Assembly (NCBI GenBank): GCA_965153455.1
Contig: OZ234493.1
Location: forward strand, 24,108,213 to 24,172,212
DNA length: 64,000 nt
Reading direction: 5' to 3'
Source: Sphagnum compactum
Taxonomy: Eukaryota
Part shown: one piece after another, positions 1 to 14,007 of the stretch
Layout of the letters: each line of letters starts with the position of its first letter
Numbering within the stretch: the first letter of the stretch is position 1
The notes under the pieces: generated by a model
Seen by the model: the letters and a program-made list of their open reading frames with translations, nothing else
Databases searched by the model: none
What the model was told of the DNA's origin: nothing
Program-made: the position numbers and the translations under genes

Positions 1-97
1 CATCCTAATATAAAGTTGCAATTGTGCAGAGAGAGAAAAACAATATAGCATAGCCCACAACACCTCAGACACAAGGAAGAGGATGAATTTTAAGTAC

Positions 98-1967
98 TTC
101 TTCCCGCTCAATATACCCTGTCTTACGCAAGTCATACAATTGGAATGCAACTGCATCAACCACAAAACACAGGAGTCAACATACACTATTCTCAAGTCTA
201 AATGAATTTGCCATCAAGAATCTCTGCAACATGTTATGTAGTACATGTTCTCACAAGCAATGATTATGAGCACCCTGCTTTACAAGTTTATTCACAAGTC
301 TAAACCCATATCACATATAATGAATACTTGCAGCAGCTGACTTTGGGATCATGCCATTGCACTTCACCACTCTCTGGAAAGTAACATCTTTGTCCAGTTC
401 CACATAGATATTAATCTTAAATTGTAAAGAGGAGTTGACTTCACATCCAAGTATATGTATATCATCTAACTGTAGAATGATCCCAAACGCAGAGAGAGAG
501 AAAAGACAAAAGCTGACAATTGATTTTGTCATCCAGAGGTGCATCAGGATGGAAGACACTGAGAGAGCGAACAAATTCTCCAAATTCAATAACGCCATTT
601 TGCTTAACATCAAACAGATCAAACACCTGCAGAAGTAAAAGGACAGCCCATCTCAAAGCAAAAACAAACAAACAAACAAACAAATGACCAGAGAAGCAAA
701 TGTCCACCACCAAACCACACACTTCTTCTAAATGTTGATCCCCATTTAGTGAGACACTGACAGAGTGGTTCTCCATCAGTTATGTGTTATGAGGTGCCTT
801 CAATTGTGCTGTGATGAATCATACAATAAACATGACAGTGGTGTTTCTCAGACACAATTTAAACCATCATAAATAAAATGACTTAGCTTACCCGGTCTGC
901 AAAAAGGTTCTCTCTTTTGCTTTTGAACAGCGCCAACTGAAATTCTTCCTGCAGACAACACAACAGAGAGACCAATCTAAGAGTGCTGATGAAAGTCTCA
1001 CAATGGAAAAAGAAAACCACAAGGGACTTGTCCCAGAAACTGCTCTATTCTCAGAATATGTATTTAACTAAAGGTCTTCACAACAGCCTACACAAAAAAG
1101 TGCAAATCCTAAACACCCAAAATCTGCCAATGCAATCCAGGAGACGGTCTATGCTTAGAGGTACAAACTAAGTGTATTTGATGCTAACTACCAGTGTTAG
1201 TTATATCTTTGCAATGCACCTGTGCCAATTTGAAGAAACAAATCCAAGAACTCTGGTCTTTCCTGAAGATTTGCTGGTTCCAAAACCTTCCAACTAAACA
1301 TGATCAACTACTTTTGTTCACACAGCCTATGGTGTAGTTACAATAAAAAAAACCCTAGGTTCAAAAGTTCTGAAACTGAACCTTCTTGATTCAATCAACC
1401 AGAGTCACAAATCTCAATGTCCCAAGTGCAGCCTTGTTCAGGAGACCATCTGGGTGGAGATGTGGGAAGAGAGGGAAAAGAGAATATATATAGTAGACAG
1501 GTAAAGTGGGCACACAGAACCTTGTGGATGAGACCATCATTAAAGATGGAACTACTGATCTTCTTGAACAGCTCATACAGGGCCTCAACCTCGCTCACAC
1601 TGACTGCCCCATCACCCCACCTCAAGCCAGTTAGAGAAACATTTGCCTACATCCATATATATATAGATAGATAGGTATATACCCTTCCAGATAGCAAGAA
1701 GCCTACTCCTCAAACACTTACCTCACCACAAAATGTGTCCATGACACAGTGTGCTACATGCTTTGGAACTTGATACTGTGCTTCTGACCATAGAAAAAAT
1801 CCCCTTTATCCTTGAGTACACCTTCAACAGCTTTAACCTAAACTCTCCTGGTTTTATGCATAACAAGCTAGACACAGGTGTTCAGTACTTGACAATATCT
1901 AAATGCCATGTTTCAGAAGGCAGGCTCCTAAACATGCTGAGTGAGTGACATGGTGAAGCTCTCTTCC

Positions 1968-2024
<57 letters not shown>

Positions 2025-2171
2025 AGAATCTATGAGAACCAGAGAGAATTTGTGATGAGCCTTGTCTCATTTACTTTGAGAAGATGACTCACAGGCTGTT
2101 TCTCCAGCGAGAATTGTGGGGTCTTCATAGCCTTGTGGCTCTTTTATCATTTTGGAATGAAAGCAACCCAT
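98..2171 (-). CDS. CBL: Calcineurin B-like (CBL) EF-hand calcium sensor, 3'-partial (continues past left edge). Coding exons 2171-2093, 1603-1521, 948-892, 626-518, 150-98
   Basis: GT/AG-bounded exons of 79/83/57/109/53 nt splice in frame to MGCFHSK...[112 protein letters not shown]. The N-terminal MGCxxSK is the myristoylation/S-acylation motif of CBL1/9-type proteins. Confidence 0.96.
1972..2022. repeat. (GA)n microsatellite in a CBL intron
   Basis: About 25 uninterrupted GA units; a shorter (GA)n run lies at 3497-3528. Confidence 0.95.
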
Positions 2172-3497
2172 GATGAGGATGAGGCTGTAATCCTCTAATA
2201 CACAAACGAAGTGAAAGCAACCAAAACAATCACCCCTGCAGCAAGAGATGAACTCAGTCTCAGTGCATGTGGGTTCCAGAGAGTGCAAGAGACTATACTC
2301 ACTCATGAAGCCCAGATTCCCACAGCAAGCAAGAAAGCAAGCAGTGTAGTCATACATGCTCCCACCCCCTCCCTCCAGTTTGGTTCAGTCAGACCTCAAT
2401 GACCTAATGCATTGAAAAAAAGGGTGCAAAGGGTTTGCTAATGGGGAGGAAGGGGATGATGAACTGTATGTTTGAGAACTCATACTTCAAGTTCTTCACT
2501 AAAATTGTAAACTGCTTGATGTGATGATTTTGTGACAGATTGCTTCAGGAGCTCAGAGACAAAAGGGCAAGCAAACGGGATTTGACTCAAACTCAGAAGG
2601 CCCAAGTGCTACAAAATTCTCCAAAACAGTTGCACAGTATGCCAGAGGGAATGCTGATAAAAAGCTCATTCTACCCATTTCCTTCTTAACCCTAACAGAT
2701 AACACGAGCTCATTCGAATTCCTCTCAGAAATTTGTCCCTCTACAGTTTGAACCCACTAGTTTTCCTTGAATAAAAACCCTAAACCACTGCATCGACATT
2801 GAATCCACACATAAGAGTTGTGAGTGATGAAACCCATTTCTCAGAAACAGAAAACTTGGGCTATCTTTTTCCACAGTACTGCAATCTTTCCCCCCACCCA
2901 GCCACCTACATCATACGGCAGAAGGGAGAAAAAGAAGCCCCCCATCTGAGGACAACGTGAACACCCCACCAAAAAAGAAGGAAGCAAAAAAAAACCAAAA
3001 GACCTTGTACCAGAAATGTGTACCTGATTCATTCAACAGCAGATCGATGGTGGGGTTCGCAAACAAAACAAAAAAGAGGAGTGTAAACCGATACAACCCA
3101 CCCGCGCATCACAAAAACCCGCGTCTATCTTTCGTCGTTAATAGACTCCAAGGATCACCGCCACCACCACCACCCCAATTCCCCGTCTCAAAAACCGAAA
3201 TCCTCAGAACTGAGGATTCAGACCCACAGCAATCATCTGGGGACGCCATCCCATGAGGGGAAAAAAAGAGAGACAGACCCCACAAACAACAGCAGCAGCA
3301 GCTTTACAGGAGGTATGATCTTCTGGGGACTTGCATGATGCACTCCTCAACTCTCCCCACGTTGCACTACAACAAACCACCACACCTTTGCAATCCACTC
3401 ACCACGAAATACACAACACACATGGGGCCTATGTATCACACACTCTCTCAATCTAAAAACACAAGTCGTGTATGAACTCCACAGTTCAACACTCCAT

Positions 3498-3528
<31 letters not shown>

Positions 3529-5557
3529 TGTGGGTGTTCGTACGTGTTTTCTGTTGCTTACAAATTTGTAAACATTTGTGAGAGAAAGAGAGAGAGTGTG
3601 TGTTTGTTGTCTATGTGTGTTTTCTGCTACTTACTCACAAATTTGCAAACTTTTTGTTCGACAAGAACAAAATAAAAATTGTGAGACGTTCCAAAATTTT
3701 ATGAGAAGCTACAAGTTGCTAATTTTGCAAAGAAAAATGATTTGTAAGTGGGTACGGTAGTGTTGGAAGGGGAAGGCCTCAGAGTGCTTTACTTTCACTG
3801 TTACTTTCTCTGGAAGTGATAAAAAGCTGTGTAGAAAAAGAAGCTACAAAAATTGCCTTCATGCCCTAGTTATTTGGGTAATTTATTTATTTATTTTGTT
3901 TGAATGAATTTCTCCTCTTTTGTGGAATTTTTATTTTTTTTTTGAGAAAAAGCTTTAGAAAAACTTGTTTTTTCAGTGTTAGGTGTGTGTGTGTTTCTTT
4001 TGTGAAGTCAAAAAATTATGGAATAAATGCAACTTTTCCCTCAATTTTGCTTCAACTTTACTTAGAAAGGTGTTTTTTTGTGCTTTGTGTTGAAAACTAA
4101 TGCAATGTTTTTGAATTGAATGACCCAAACATGATACATTTTTATGTTATGTTAGTTAGTGTGATCCATATTAATTAGTTGTGGCGGTGCCTTTCCAGCT
4201 CAGGTTTTTAGTTTTGCACCGAGTCTCTTTAATTTGCCCATAGCCAAAAAAAAAAAAAAAATTCTGAAAGTGGAGACTCCCCAATACACAAATAATACTC
4301 ACTCCAAAAATAGAAAAATAAGTTCCAATATTGGCCCAGCAATAGGTATAGGGTCCAAGACCACAACAGTGGGGCAAAGAAAGAATATAGGACAAAAGTG
4401 AGATGCTATTGGGACCATATTGGGGAACCATTTGGGAACTCGATGAGAACACAAAAAATCCCAAAAATCCAACACCCTCCCACACCGACCCCAAAACTGG
4501 GTGTATTCAGTGAATGCGGCTGCAGTTATGCATTGACCGACAAGAAATTATATTCCCCAGTGTGTTCATGGCCTATATTTTGGTGTAGGCTAATGGCAGG
4601 GGCAAGATTTGTGGGGACATTGTCTTATTCTTAATGTCTTAGTCCCTTGATTGAAGCCTTCCTTTATTGTTTGTTCCAACGGGGCGCCGATGTCGAACTC
4701 GGACTCGTCTCAGGCAGGACTCCCTCACGCCCGCAACTCCTTGGACTCGTCGCAGCACTCCCTCATCCTTGCACCTCCAAGTCATGCTCTAGACTACCTT
4801 GAGATGTGAGTGGGAATGCTCTTCTTGCACGCTCGCAACTCCAAGTGATGCTCCTACATTACCTTGAGATGTGAGCATGGATTTTTTATGCCAAAAAACA
4901 AGTTTCAAAGAAAAAGTAGAATGTTTTATAATTTTAGTACAAGCTTCAAAAATAGACCTGCAAATACTAGATTCTAAAGTGAAAGTAAAGCACATACAAG
5001 GGGGATCATCATAAAACATAAAGATAAAAATCATAGATCAAATTAACAACAAATATTTGGATTATTGTTGGATCCAACAATTTATAATTTAAAATATTAA
5101 ATCAAGGAGATTCAAAAGAGCAAGGAATCAATTATGTTATATCAATCACTTGTATAAATTTCTCCCTATAGTTTGTACATCCAAAAAAAAAATGTTGATT
5201 TAATGTGGGAAGATTTTATAAATTTTTATACCCATATCGATTTTACTATAACACTATTTGAACATGCATTAACAACATTTCCAAACTTACTACGTTTTTT
5301 GGATTCTTGGGTTGTATATAAAAAATAGAAGGGCATATCATCAATTGGGCCAAAATGCACACCATTGAATTCTTAAAGATAGGATTAAAAAGAACTAAAA
5401 AATCATGAACTTCATTGTGCTTCAAAGGTGACAAAACAACATGTTGATTTGCAAGTAGGAAACAAGGAAAACCTGCTCACTTTTCTTGAATTTGATAGCA
5501 AGAAATCAACACCATAGTTGAATGGAAGCTACACAATAAATAATAAATAGGAAAGGC

Positions 5558-8500
5558 ATGTGGGCAAATGAAGCAATAGAAGCAACAATGGATGTTGTTG
5601 AAAAAGGAATATATTCCCATAGGGCCAACATCTCATGGGACATTCCCTTGAACTCATTTTCTTCTCAATTGAATGGCAGAACAAGATCCATGAAGATGGG
5701 GTCAATAGATGTGCTTATAAAAAAGAGATGTTACAATGATTTTGTAGACCTTATGCAAGAATGTGAATTGTCCATAAGCTTACAACAACTAAAGATGAAA
5801 GTTGCAAAGCTCACACAAACAAGGGTTACACCATTTTGAGATGGGATATCTAGCAACACCTAGTGATATCAATTCAAGTGTAAACATTGAAAAGTCAACA
5901 TTCAACAAGTAAAAGGATTAAAACTCTATAAAACGTGAGTACTAACACCCAATTCATGCATTTTTTCCTACACCAACCTATAATCACTATATACTCAACA
6001 TTATTATGTTACAAATCATGCATGGAATTTAGATGAAATTGGCATTCAAACTAATAGACAAGTAGGAGTAAGAATTTTTGGCTAGGAAAATATCAGATGC
6101 AATTTATAACACCATCCCTACCTAAGTCTTGGGAATGGTTAACAATAAAATTTGGAATAAATGTTATAAGAAATGTTATACCAAGGTTTTACAACTTTAG
6201 AACAAAGAGATCACAAGATGATTACATCAAACTTTGTAAACCAAATACATACATGGCAATACAAAAGAAAGCTTGGATGACTTCTTTATTGTTTAAAGAA
6301 TTCTTATATTTCTTCAAGAAGTTTATTCAAGGTGGAATGTCTTTCACCAATACACACTTGTTTGTTTTGGACGGGCATGGCAAACATGTTACCTTAAAAG
6401 TAATAGTAATAAAACATGCACAAAAGTTTCGGTTAAACATGATCGCCTTATCATCCCACACATCACGTGCTCCATAACCATTAGATGTACCTTGTTTTAA
6501 ACCATTAAAACAACATTCAAAAGGTCAAGGATGTAACTATGTCTAGAAACAATCACATAAAACCAAGAAAAAAAACCTTAGTTAGATCAATAGATCAAGT
6601 TTTAAAATAATCACCCACAAAAAAAACATCGAGTCTAGATTTAAGGCAATAGGAACATGGCATTTCAACCCCAAGGCAATGGACAATAAGAGTTGACCTT
6701 CAAAACTATACACTACAACAAACATCAATGACCAAGAAAGCGAAAATGATTGCACAATAAATGAGGCCCGAAGCTAATTGTAATCAAAATTAGGGTTTTC
6801 AGGATCTACTATTATAGAACTTTTGCATATAGTTGAAATAGTTCAACAAATATGAGTTAAGGATCTATTTACCAATAGGTGAAACAAGACCAACATCATT
6901 ATGTATATATGGCTCAAAGTCCTATAGTGATTAAATAGCAACCATAAAATATCAATGTTATAAACCTGCATGAGGATAGTCTTAAGGTGCTACAAGAAAC
7001 TTAGCCTTTTCCAAATTTGACCCAAAAATCCATGTGTTTGCATAAATTATTTTCATTACTTCATTTACATGCAAAACAAAAAAAAGGAAAAAAACCATTA
7101 GGTGATTATTCCCAATCATATGTTGTGACATTTATTGAATACCTAAATATCTTAAGGAAAAGAACCACTACTTGATTATTCCCAATCACATGTTGTGAAA
7201 TATATTGTTTTTAGAAGAAAAAAGCTGGTTTTACAACTAGGTTTACAATTCAGTTTTTAAATTGCAATGACCATTTACAACTCACCATATTTTTACACCC
7301 ATGAGTGTTATCAGACAAGTTGCATGAATTGCAAGAAATGCAACTCATCGTATATATAATCACACTATAATCCAACTCATTGCAATTCAATTGCAATTTT
7401 ATCACAACAACTCAGTTTCAACTACGATGCAACTCCCCTATGACTACAACCATAATGTTATGCTAATATCATTTTTCATCCATTCATCAAAATTTAACAC
7501 ATGGCACTATCAGGATTTTTTGGTGATTTTTTTAAAATATTCATATTCATCATCCATTATGATTATTCATTTTAAATGAACTTAGATTATGACATGTAGC
7601 ACAATCAAAAGTTGCCATGTGGCATATTAATTGAATTTTGGAAACAAATATACATATCAATACTTAAGTAGGTTGGTACATAATCATAGGTAGGTAATTG
7701 GTAACTCTTACATACCAACTTACCTACTTAGGTAGGTAGAAAAATAAGACTATTTACTTAGACAGGTAAAAAATAAAAATGTAAAAAGGTAGGTGAACTA
7801 AAGAGTAGCCATTATTTTAATTATGTTTTGTGTTTTTCACTTAGGGTTAAATTTTTATGGGCTCATCCCAACATGGCACATCTATTTTAATGTGAGAATA
7901 CAAGAGAAGATGCCTTCTTTATATAATTTATGAAATGAGATATTGAAAACAAAGCATATGGGTTAAATTTTTTTGTTACACCCTAATTGCAATTGAATTA
8001 TAACTACAAAAAAGATTTTTCCACATGCTTTGTGTTTGATTTTAATTTTGTAATTAGTCTGAATTAATTAATCAAATTTAAATAGTTGATTAGTTAGTGA
8101 ATTTAGATAATTAATTAATAGATAATTAACTATAAATTTTTAATATTTATTTATTCATTATCTAAATTAATTAACAAAATACATTTGATTAATTAATTCA
8201 AATGAATAGTTTATTATTCAATTTAGTTAATTAGTTCATAGTTTTTAAGTATATTACATATTAATTACTAATTAATAAATTATCAACAAATAATTTATTA
8301 TAAGATAAAAAAATATAAACATGAATTTGAATAAAATACATCAAGGTATATAGAGACATATCCATATGTACACCCTTATTGAATGTTTAATAAAATATAC
8401 CCATTGCCTTTAATTTCACAAATTGTTTGAATTAGATTGATTAATTTACATTCAGGGCTAATTATTTAATATAATTTTTAATTCATAGTAATTAAATAAA

Positions 8501-9700
8501 TTAAGCCAAAAATTAATATCTAATATTTAGTAAATTATTCTAAATATTATGTATTAAATATGCCATAAGATGCAATTGTTGTGGGTGCCAAAAAGTTGTT
8601 CGCAAATGAATCGGCTATTATCCATTTTGCATTTTCTCATGTAACCTAGAAAATTTTTAAGTGAATAAACTTGAATACCATGATGTACCTCCAATATAAA
8701 TACTTTAAATATAATTTATATAACATTGGGATTCAATTTGAGGCCTACAAATTCACACTTTATATGGATAGTGAATTGATAGTACTTTATTAATGGCCAA
8801 ATAATGGCATTGTAATGGCCATCCACTTGTAAAACAATGCCAATACTATGGCCTTATAATGGCAGATAAGTAACAACTAATGGCATTTGGGTGGCCATAT
8901 ATGCATAATAGTGGGCACTAGTAGTACAATAGTGGCCATGTAATGGCAACATAGTGGCCAACTAATTGCACAAATAGACTTCATAATTGAAAACTAGTTA
9001 TAAAGTTTGTACTTCATGGATAGTGGGAATGTAAACACATGATGTAGTCACCTGCATGAAAGTTATATGTTAATTGTAAAAGTTGTTCAATGTGTAGCTC
9101 ATTTTTAATAGTCCTAACTTAATTGCGTGTTATAATTACAATGTAATTCTTCAAAAAGTCAAACGTAGTTAACTACATGTTTAAATGCGGTGCTTATAAA
9201 TTACCATATATGAAACACATTTAGAACTATGGTGCAACTACTAAATAACTAGCTTATTTTCTAATGTGAAAATTTATTTATTAAATCACCATATTTATAA
9301 TGTGTAGTTGCATAGGAGTTGCATTGCAGGACATAGTTGTAACACAATTATATTTGAATGGTTTTTTAGCTCTAGTTGTAAGGTAGTGTGGTTTCCACAA
9401 ACACAATTTTTTCATAATGTGAAAATCTAGATATCCTAATGAAAAAAACCATAGATAAAACACTCGTAAAGGAAATTCAAGAAGGAAGGCAAAAGGAGAG
9501 GGGGGACAAACAATTGAAAAAGAACAGTAAATATAAAGGGTACAATAGATTGAATAACTCAAATAGCTACTAAGAAATGTGTTAGAACACAATTTGTTAC
9601 AACTTATATTTCAACATCTATAAGGGAGGTGCATGATAGATTTCACCAAAATTTTTGAATAAGTTTGCAAGTAAATTCACATAGGTATAAAGGCATAGTT
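5558..9700 (+). mobile_element. Decayed pogo-like (Tc1/mariner superfamily, HTH + DDE_1) transposase remnant, interrupted by a nested insertion
   Basis: HTH-like start WANEAIEATMDVVEKG; DDE_1 motifs KAWMTSLLFKEFL, FVLDGHGKH and SSHTSRAP*PLDVPCFKP; many stops and frameshifts. The lysine-rich C-terminal part (YLNILRK at ~7140) appears to resume as NLDILMKK at ~9424. Confidence 0.8.
7224..9388. mobile_element. AT-rich non-coding insertion with short imperfect terminal inverted repeats, possibly a CACTA-type non-autonomous element
   Basis: Left end contains TTACAACTAG (7231). The right end reads CACTACCTTACAACTAG on the minus strand from 9388. GCAACT/AGTTGC motifs repeat near both ends. It splits the pogo remnant. 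Confidence 0.45.
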
Positions 9701-9809
9701 TGAAATGCACAACATGGTCTCAACAAAAGGCTAGGCAACAGGCATGAGGGTGTTGAGTACCAAGGTTGTTGTTTTCTAATGATTAAATGCATTGAAAACA
9801 AACAAAAGA

Positions 9810-10345
9810 AAAAAACCTCAAACATAACACAAGACCATGGCAATGAAAAGAACACCAAGACCATGGTGAATAAGAAGAACAATAATTAAAACAAGGCAAT
9901 CAAAAGGAATCAAAACCATGATGACCAAGAAGAACACCAAGATCACAACGACTAAAATGAAATTAAAACCATGACAATAAAAAAGAACATTAGAACACAT
10001 CAATCAAACGAAATCAATACCATCATGACCAAGAGGAACACCAAAACCATGACAAGAAAGAGGAAACCAAATACATGATTATAACTAGAAGAACCGATAA
10101 CACAATGACTAAGAAGAACCAAGAACATGAAAAACATGCATCACAAACTTGGCCCCTCCACATATATGTGTTTTTACAACATTTTAACAATGTGTTCAAG
10201 GTTAAATGCTAGTGAAGCACATTGTTCAATCATTGATATTATTATGTTGTAATGACAATTTAATACAATGATCAAGAAGAACAATAAAACACAACAATCA
10301 AGAGGAACCAAGACCATGATAATCAAAAGAAACACCAAGAGCACA
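9810..10345 (+). repeat. Degenerate tandem repeats (ACCATGAT-ACCAAGAAGAACACCAAG-like units)
   Basis: Many imperfect copies of CAAGAAGAACACCAAGACCATG; the overlapping minus-strand hydrophobic ORFs are by-products. Confidence 0.75.
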
Positions 10346-13059
10346 ATGGTAGTTGCACACAAGAGTCTACACAAAAAGAATGAAACTTGGATTTACATAA
10401 ACTATTAAAAGTATTACGACTTAAAACTCTTTACTTTGAAATATTCTAAAAATTATGTTTAGTTGAATTAGGCTTTGAAAATAACATAAGTTAAAACAAT
10501 AATGAATGTCAAATTGCTTCATTATTTTTTAATAAATATATGCACATTAATCACATTATAAAACTTATTTTAAACATCCCATTTGACAACATTATATATA
10601 TTTTATTTATAACAAAATATTTCAATTTTATGAATAAATAAAATCAACACCTTGCCCAATTATAAATGGATTAGAAGTATGATTTCCAACAATGTTTCTT
10701 GCAAAAACAAGTTTTATATCACCTAAATGTACTCTTGAAGGTTAAATGTGTCAATGTTAGAACACAAAAAAAATGAACAAATTGTGTCAAAAGTTTAGAA
10801 ACATGATTTATTGTGTTTTAATTATTGCATATGCAAATTTTCATTGAAAAACTCCATATAAAAGTGTTGTATTTTAAATTTTTGCTAATAGTAGAAAGTT
10901 ATAAACTCCTACTTTTGGTTGTCACTGGGTATGTAAAGACTAAAGACCTTGTGAGATTTGTTTTTGAGTAGTTGGAAGGCATGTTCCTCATCATAACTTT
11001 TCATTTGTGGGCAATGGGTAGGTGTTTCAAAAAACAAAGTGCTCACTCTTGTGGGTGTTTCGTTTTTTGAAAAAGCCCACCTTCCTTTTTAAAAATTTCC
11101 CATGATACTTGATGATTAACCTCCAAGCATTGGGCGAATATTTGCCTGGTATCATGAGAAAAAATAACCTTATACATCGTCACACACAATAAAGCCCACA
11201 GCTGAGGTTTTTATCTGTCACTAATTATTAATAGAATATAAATATGTTAAATAATATATGCAATTAACTAACTAGTATGAAGGCACAATTTGCACCCAAA
11301 CTTTGAGGATTCTTCCTTTTTGGATTTCTCTTTCTTTTCTTTCCAAAAGAAAACATATTAATATTTTCACAATGTCATATCTTTTGCACATGGTAGGCAC
11401 TTCTACTTTTACTAGAGTCCAAATGTGATGATATATTAGAATCTATTTGGTGGGAAGAAATACACGGAATCAATGAATTGTGCTCATGAGGATTAAAGTT
11501 AGATGATTAGTGGAGAGTCTAATAAGTTCATAATAATGTCTTGATTGGACATGCCAGTTTCTCTCCATGGTAATTGCATTTTGGATGAGATGTTAAATGA
11601 TAGGTAAAGCCAAAGGTTATGGGCTTTACTATGCATAAAGACTTGTACAATTTGTATTTATTTTTCATGATACCTCAACATATATCATGGGAAAAACACA
11701 AAGAAAATAAAAGCACACATTTTGAAAAATGTAATGCCCACCCTTTTGTGTAAGCAAAATGACCTTGGACAACGTGCCTTCCTAATACACTAGGAAAATC
11801 TGACAAGGTTCTCATGAATTTTGAAACAATAGAACATGGAATCAAGGAAATGTGTTCATGAATATTATTCGTTTATTTCATGGATAGTCAAATAAGGTCA
11901 TCAGTCAAATGTTGCAAATATGGGGCGAGGAAGATAATATGGAAGCAAGCAAAGAATGGTGCTTGTGAAAAGGATTTCTCAACGAGAGAGAAAGAAATAA
12001 CACATGCATTTTGAAAAATTGAATGCCAATTTTTGCAATGTTTCATTTTTCAAAATGTCTACTCATGGCTAATGTGTAATTATGTCAAATAATGTGCCTT
12101 CCATTTACACTACCAAAAACTCAAGAGGTTTTAATTATGAGTAGGAAATATCTTATGTTGATTATTTAAAAGTGGGAGGGACCTAATGAAGGTACATACC
12201 CCCCACCCCCCCCCCCTCTAAATAATAGGAGTAAAACAGTTGGTGAAGATTCATAATATTAAATTAATATTTTTTATAGAAAAGAATTTGGTTTGAAAAA
12301 TGGGAAATAATTATATATAGTGTAGGGTAACACCATCGAAGTGGGCCATTCCCCAAATAAACACCTCCTCAAGGGGCTGTAATTACCATGGGTAAAACAC
12401 TAGGGATCATGGAAAAAATGAAAAACAGAAACAATGCATTTCAAAAAAGCAAAATGCTTGCCATAATGGGTGTTTTTGTTTTTTAAATGCCCTATTGTTT
12501 GCGGAGGAAAACTTGTGCTTGATATAATATCCTCTAGACACACTAATTTTTATTTTTTTGGGCATGATGTCATATGAAATAGAACTGACCCAAATTAAAG
12601 ATTAAAAAAAATGAAAATGACTGGAGTGAAAACTAAAACAAATAAAAGGAAAAATGACTGGATTATTAATGTTATAAGGATTCCAAAGCAAATCCTTGAT
12701 AGACCATTGGACTCATTTCCACAATTACCATAGCCCCAACAACTTATTTAAATAATTGGGCCCTTGTAACTTCTAATATAACTATCAAGTTTTTTGTTTA
12801 AGACAAATGTCCTTTCCTCCTAGAGGCTTTAGCTTGAATTGACATTTTTCGCTTTCAACAACACTTCATAGTAACTTGTGACTTACTATTGGACTCAACA
12901 TGCACACACCTTTCTCCTTTTGAACAACTTATTGGACAATAAGTGATTTGATTCTTAATTCTATCTCAGAGTGCTTGCATCATCATACTTTTTTCAAGGT
13001 GTAATTTTTTGGAGAGTTGCTTGATGTTCATCGATCTCACATCTCTCATCATCTTGTGG

Positions 13060-13600
13060 GCTTGGGTATGGTATGGGAAGAGTTCCATTTTCTTCTTTTG
13101 ACAACACTCAATTCCTTTTGTTAATGAGTCGAACATGGTGCTCACCAAAGATAGGGTTTGTACTTGGTTGACTCCATCATAGTTGACCCAATATGAATGG
13201 ATCTACTTCTTCAATCCTGGTTCGATTCAAGGGTTTGCAGCATAAAAAACAATTCAAACAAAGAAAAGAAGTTACTTCGATTGGCACCCTGCTAATCAGT
13301 TCCACCCTTTGATGATTGAGATCTTTAGCTATTTACACAAAGAAGCAAATGATTTTTCACACAACTGTGCCTAAAAATGTTGTTTGGAGCCTAAAAAGGC
13401 CGAAGGGCCCTCCCCTTTTTTGTTACTTATTTTCACCAAAAGTATCCATGACATTAAAAAATAAAATGAAAGCATCCTTCATTGTAAGTCAAAGGATAGT
13501 GGTAGGCTTAACTACTTAACTTCCCCCACTTGAAGACCCACCATCCATCATCCCCACTGCTGATTTGCTGCAAGGAGTTGGTAGCTGAGGTGAGGACCTT
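13060..13600 (+). mobile_element. 3' remnant of a non-LTR retrotransposon with a restriction-like endonuclease (RLE) domain
   Basis: Broken frames give MVLTKDRVCT / LVDSIIVDP / IQTKKRSYFDWHPANQFHPLMIEIFSYLHK, which fits the D...D...K..Y...F.P..E.FG pattern of RLE domains; contains stops and frameshifts. Confidence 0.65.
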
Positions 13601-13716
13601 TCCATGTCTCCTTATTCTCAAACCCCGAGTTAGTAGTCAACATGCATGGATTCTAGTCCTTTCTTTTTGTACCTTTGCATACTCTCTAGGTTTGGGAGTA
13701 TTGTATATAAATAAAC

Positions 13717-14007
13717 GGAAAATTTTAAATTCACACCTTTTTTGGTTAAATTCACACCCTTTCTTCGCGTGTTCGATTATATGCAGGCTCTAAGAACAAG
13801 ACAAGCACGACCAGAGACAAGTCTCACTTTGAATACGTGGAAGGACGCAAGTGTGGGGTCTGTGGTCAATTAGGGCACAACTCGAGAACTTGCCCGCAGA
13901 AGTAATTGAACTGATAAAGGAACATACTCTTAAAGTTTAATCTGAATAAAATCGGACTCGCGAGGGGTGTGAATTTAACCAAAAAAGGTGTGAATTAAAA
14001 ATTTCCC
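13717..14007 (+). mobile_element. 291-bp Mutator-like (MULE) deletion derivative retaining a terminal zinc-knuckle exon
   Basis: ~43-bp TIRs (GGAAAATTTTAAATTCACACCTTTTTTGGTTAAATTCACACCC, 2 mismatches); 9-bp TSD TAAATAAAC/TAAATAAAG; internal TGCAG acceptor followed by SKNKTSTTRDKSHFEYVEGRKCGVCGQLGHNSRTCPQK*. Confidence 0.85.
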
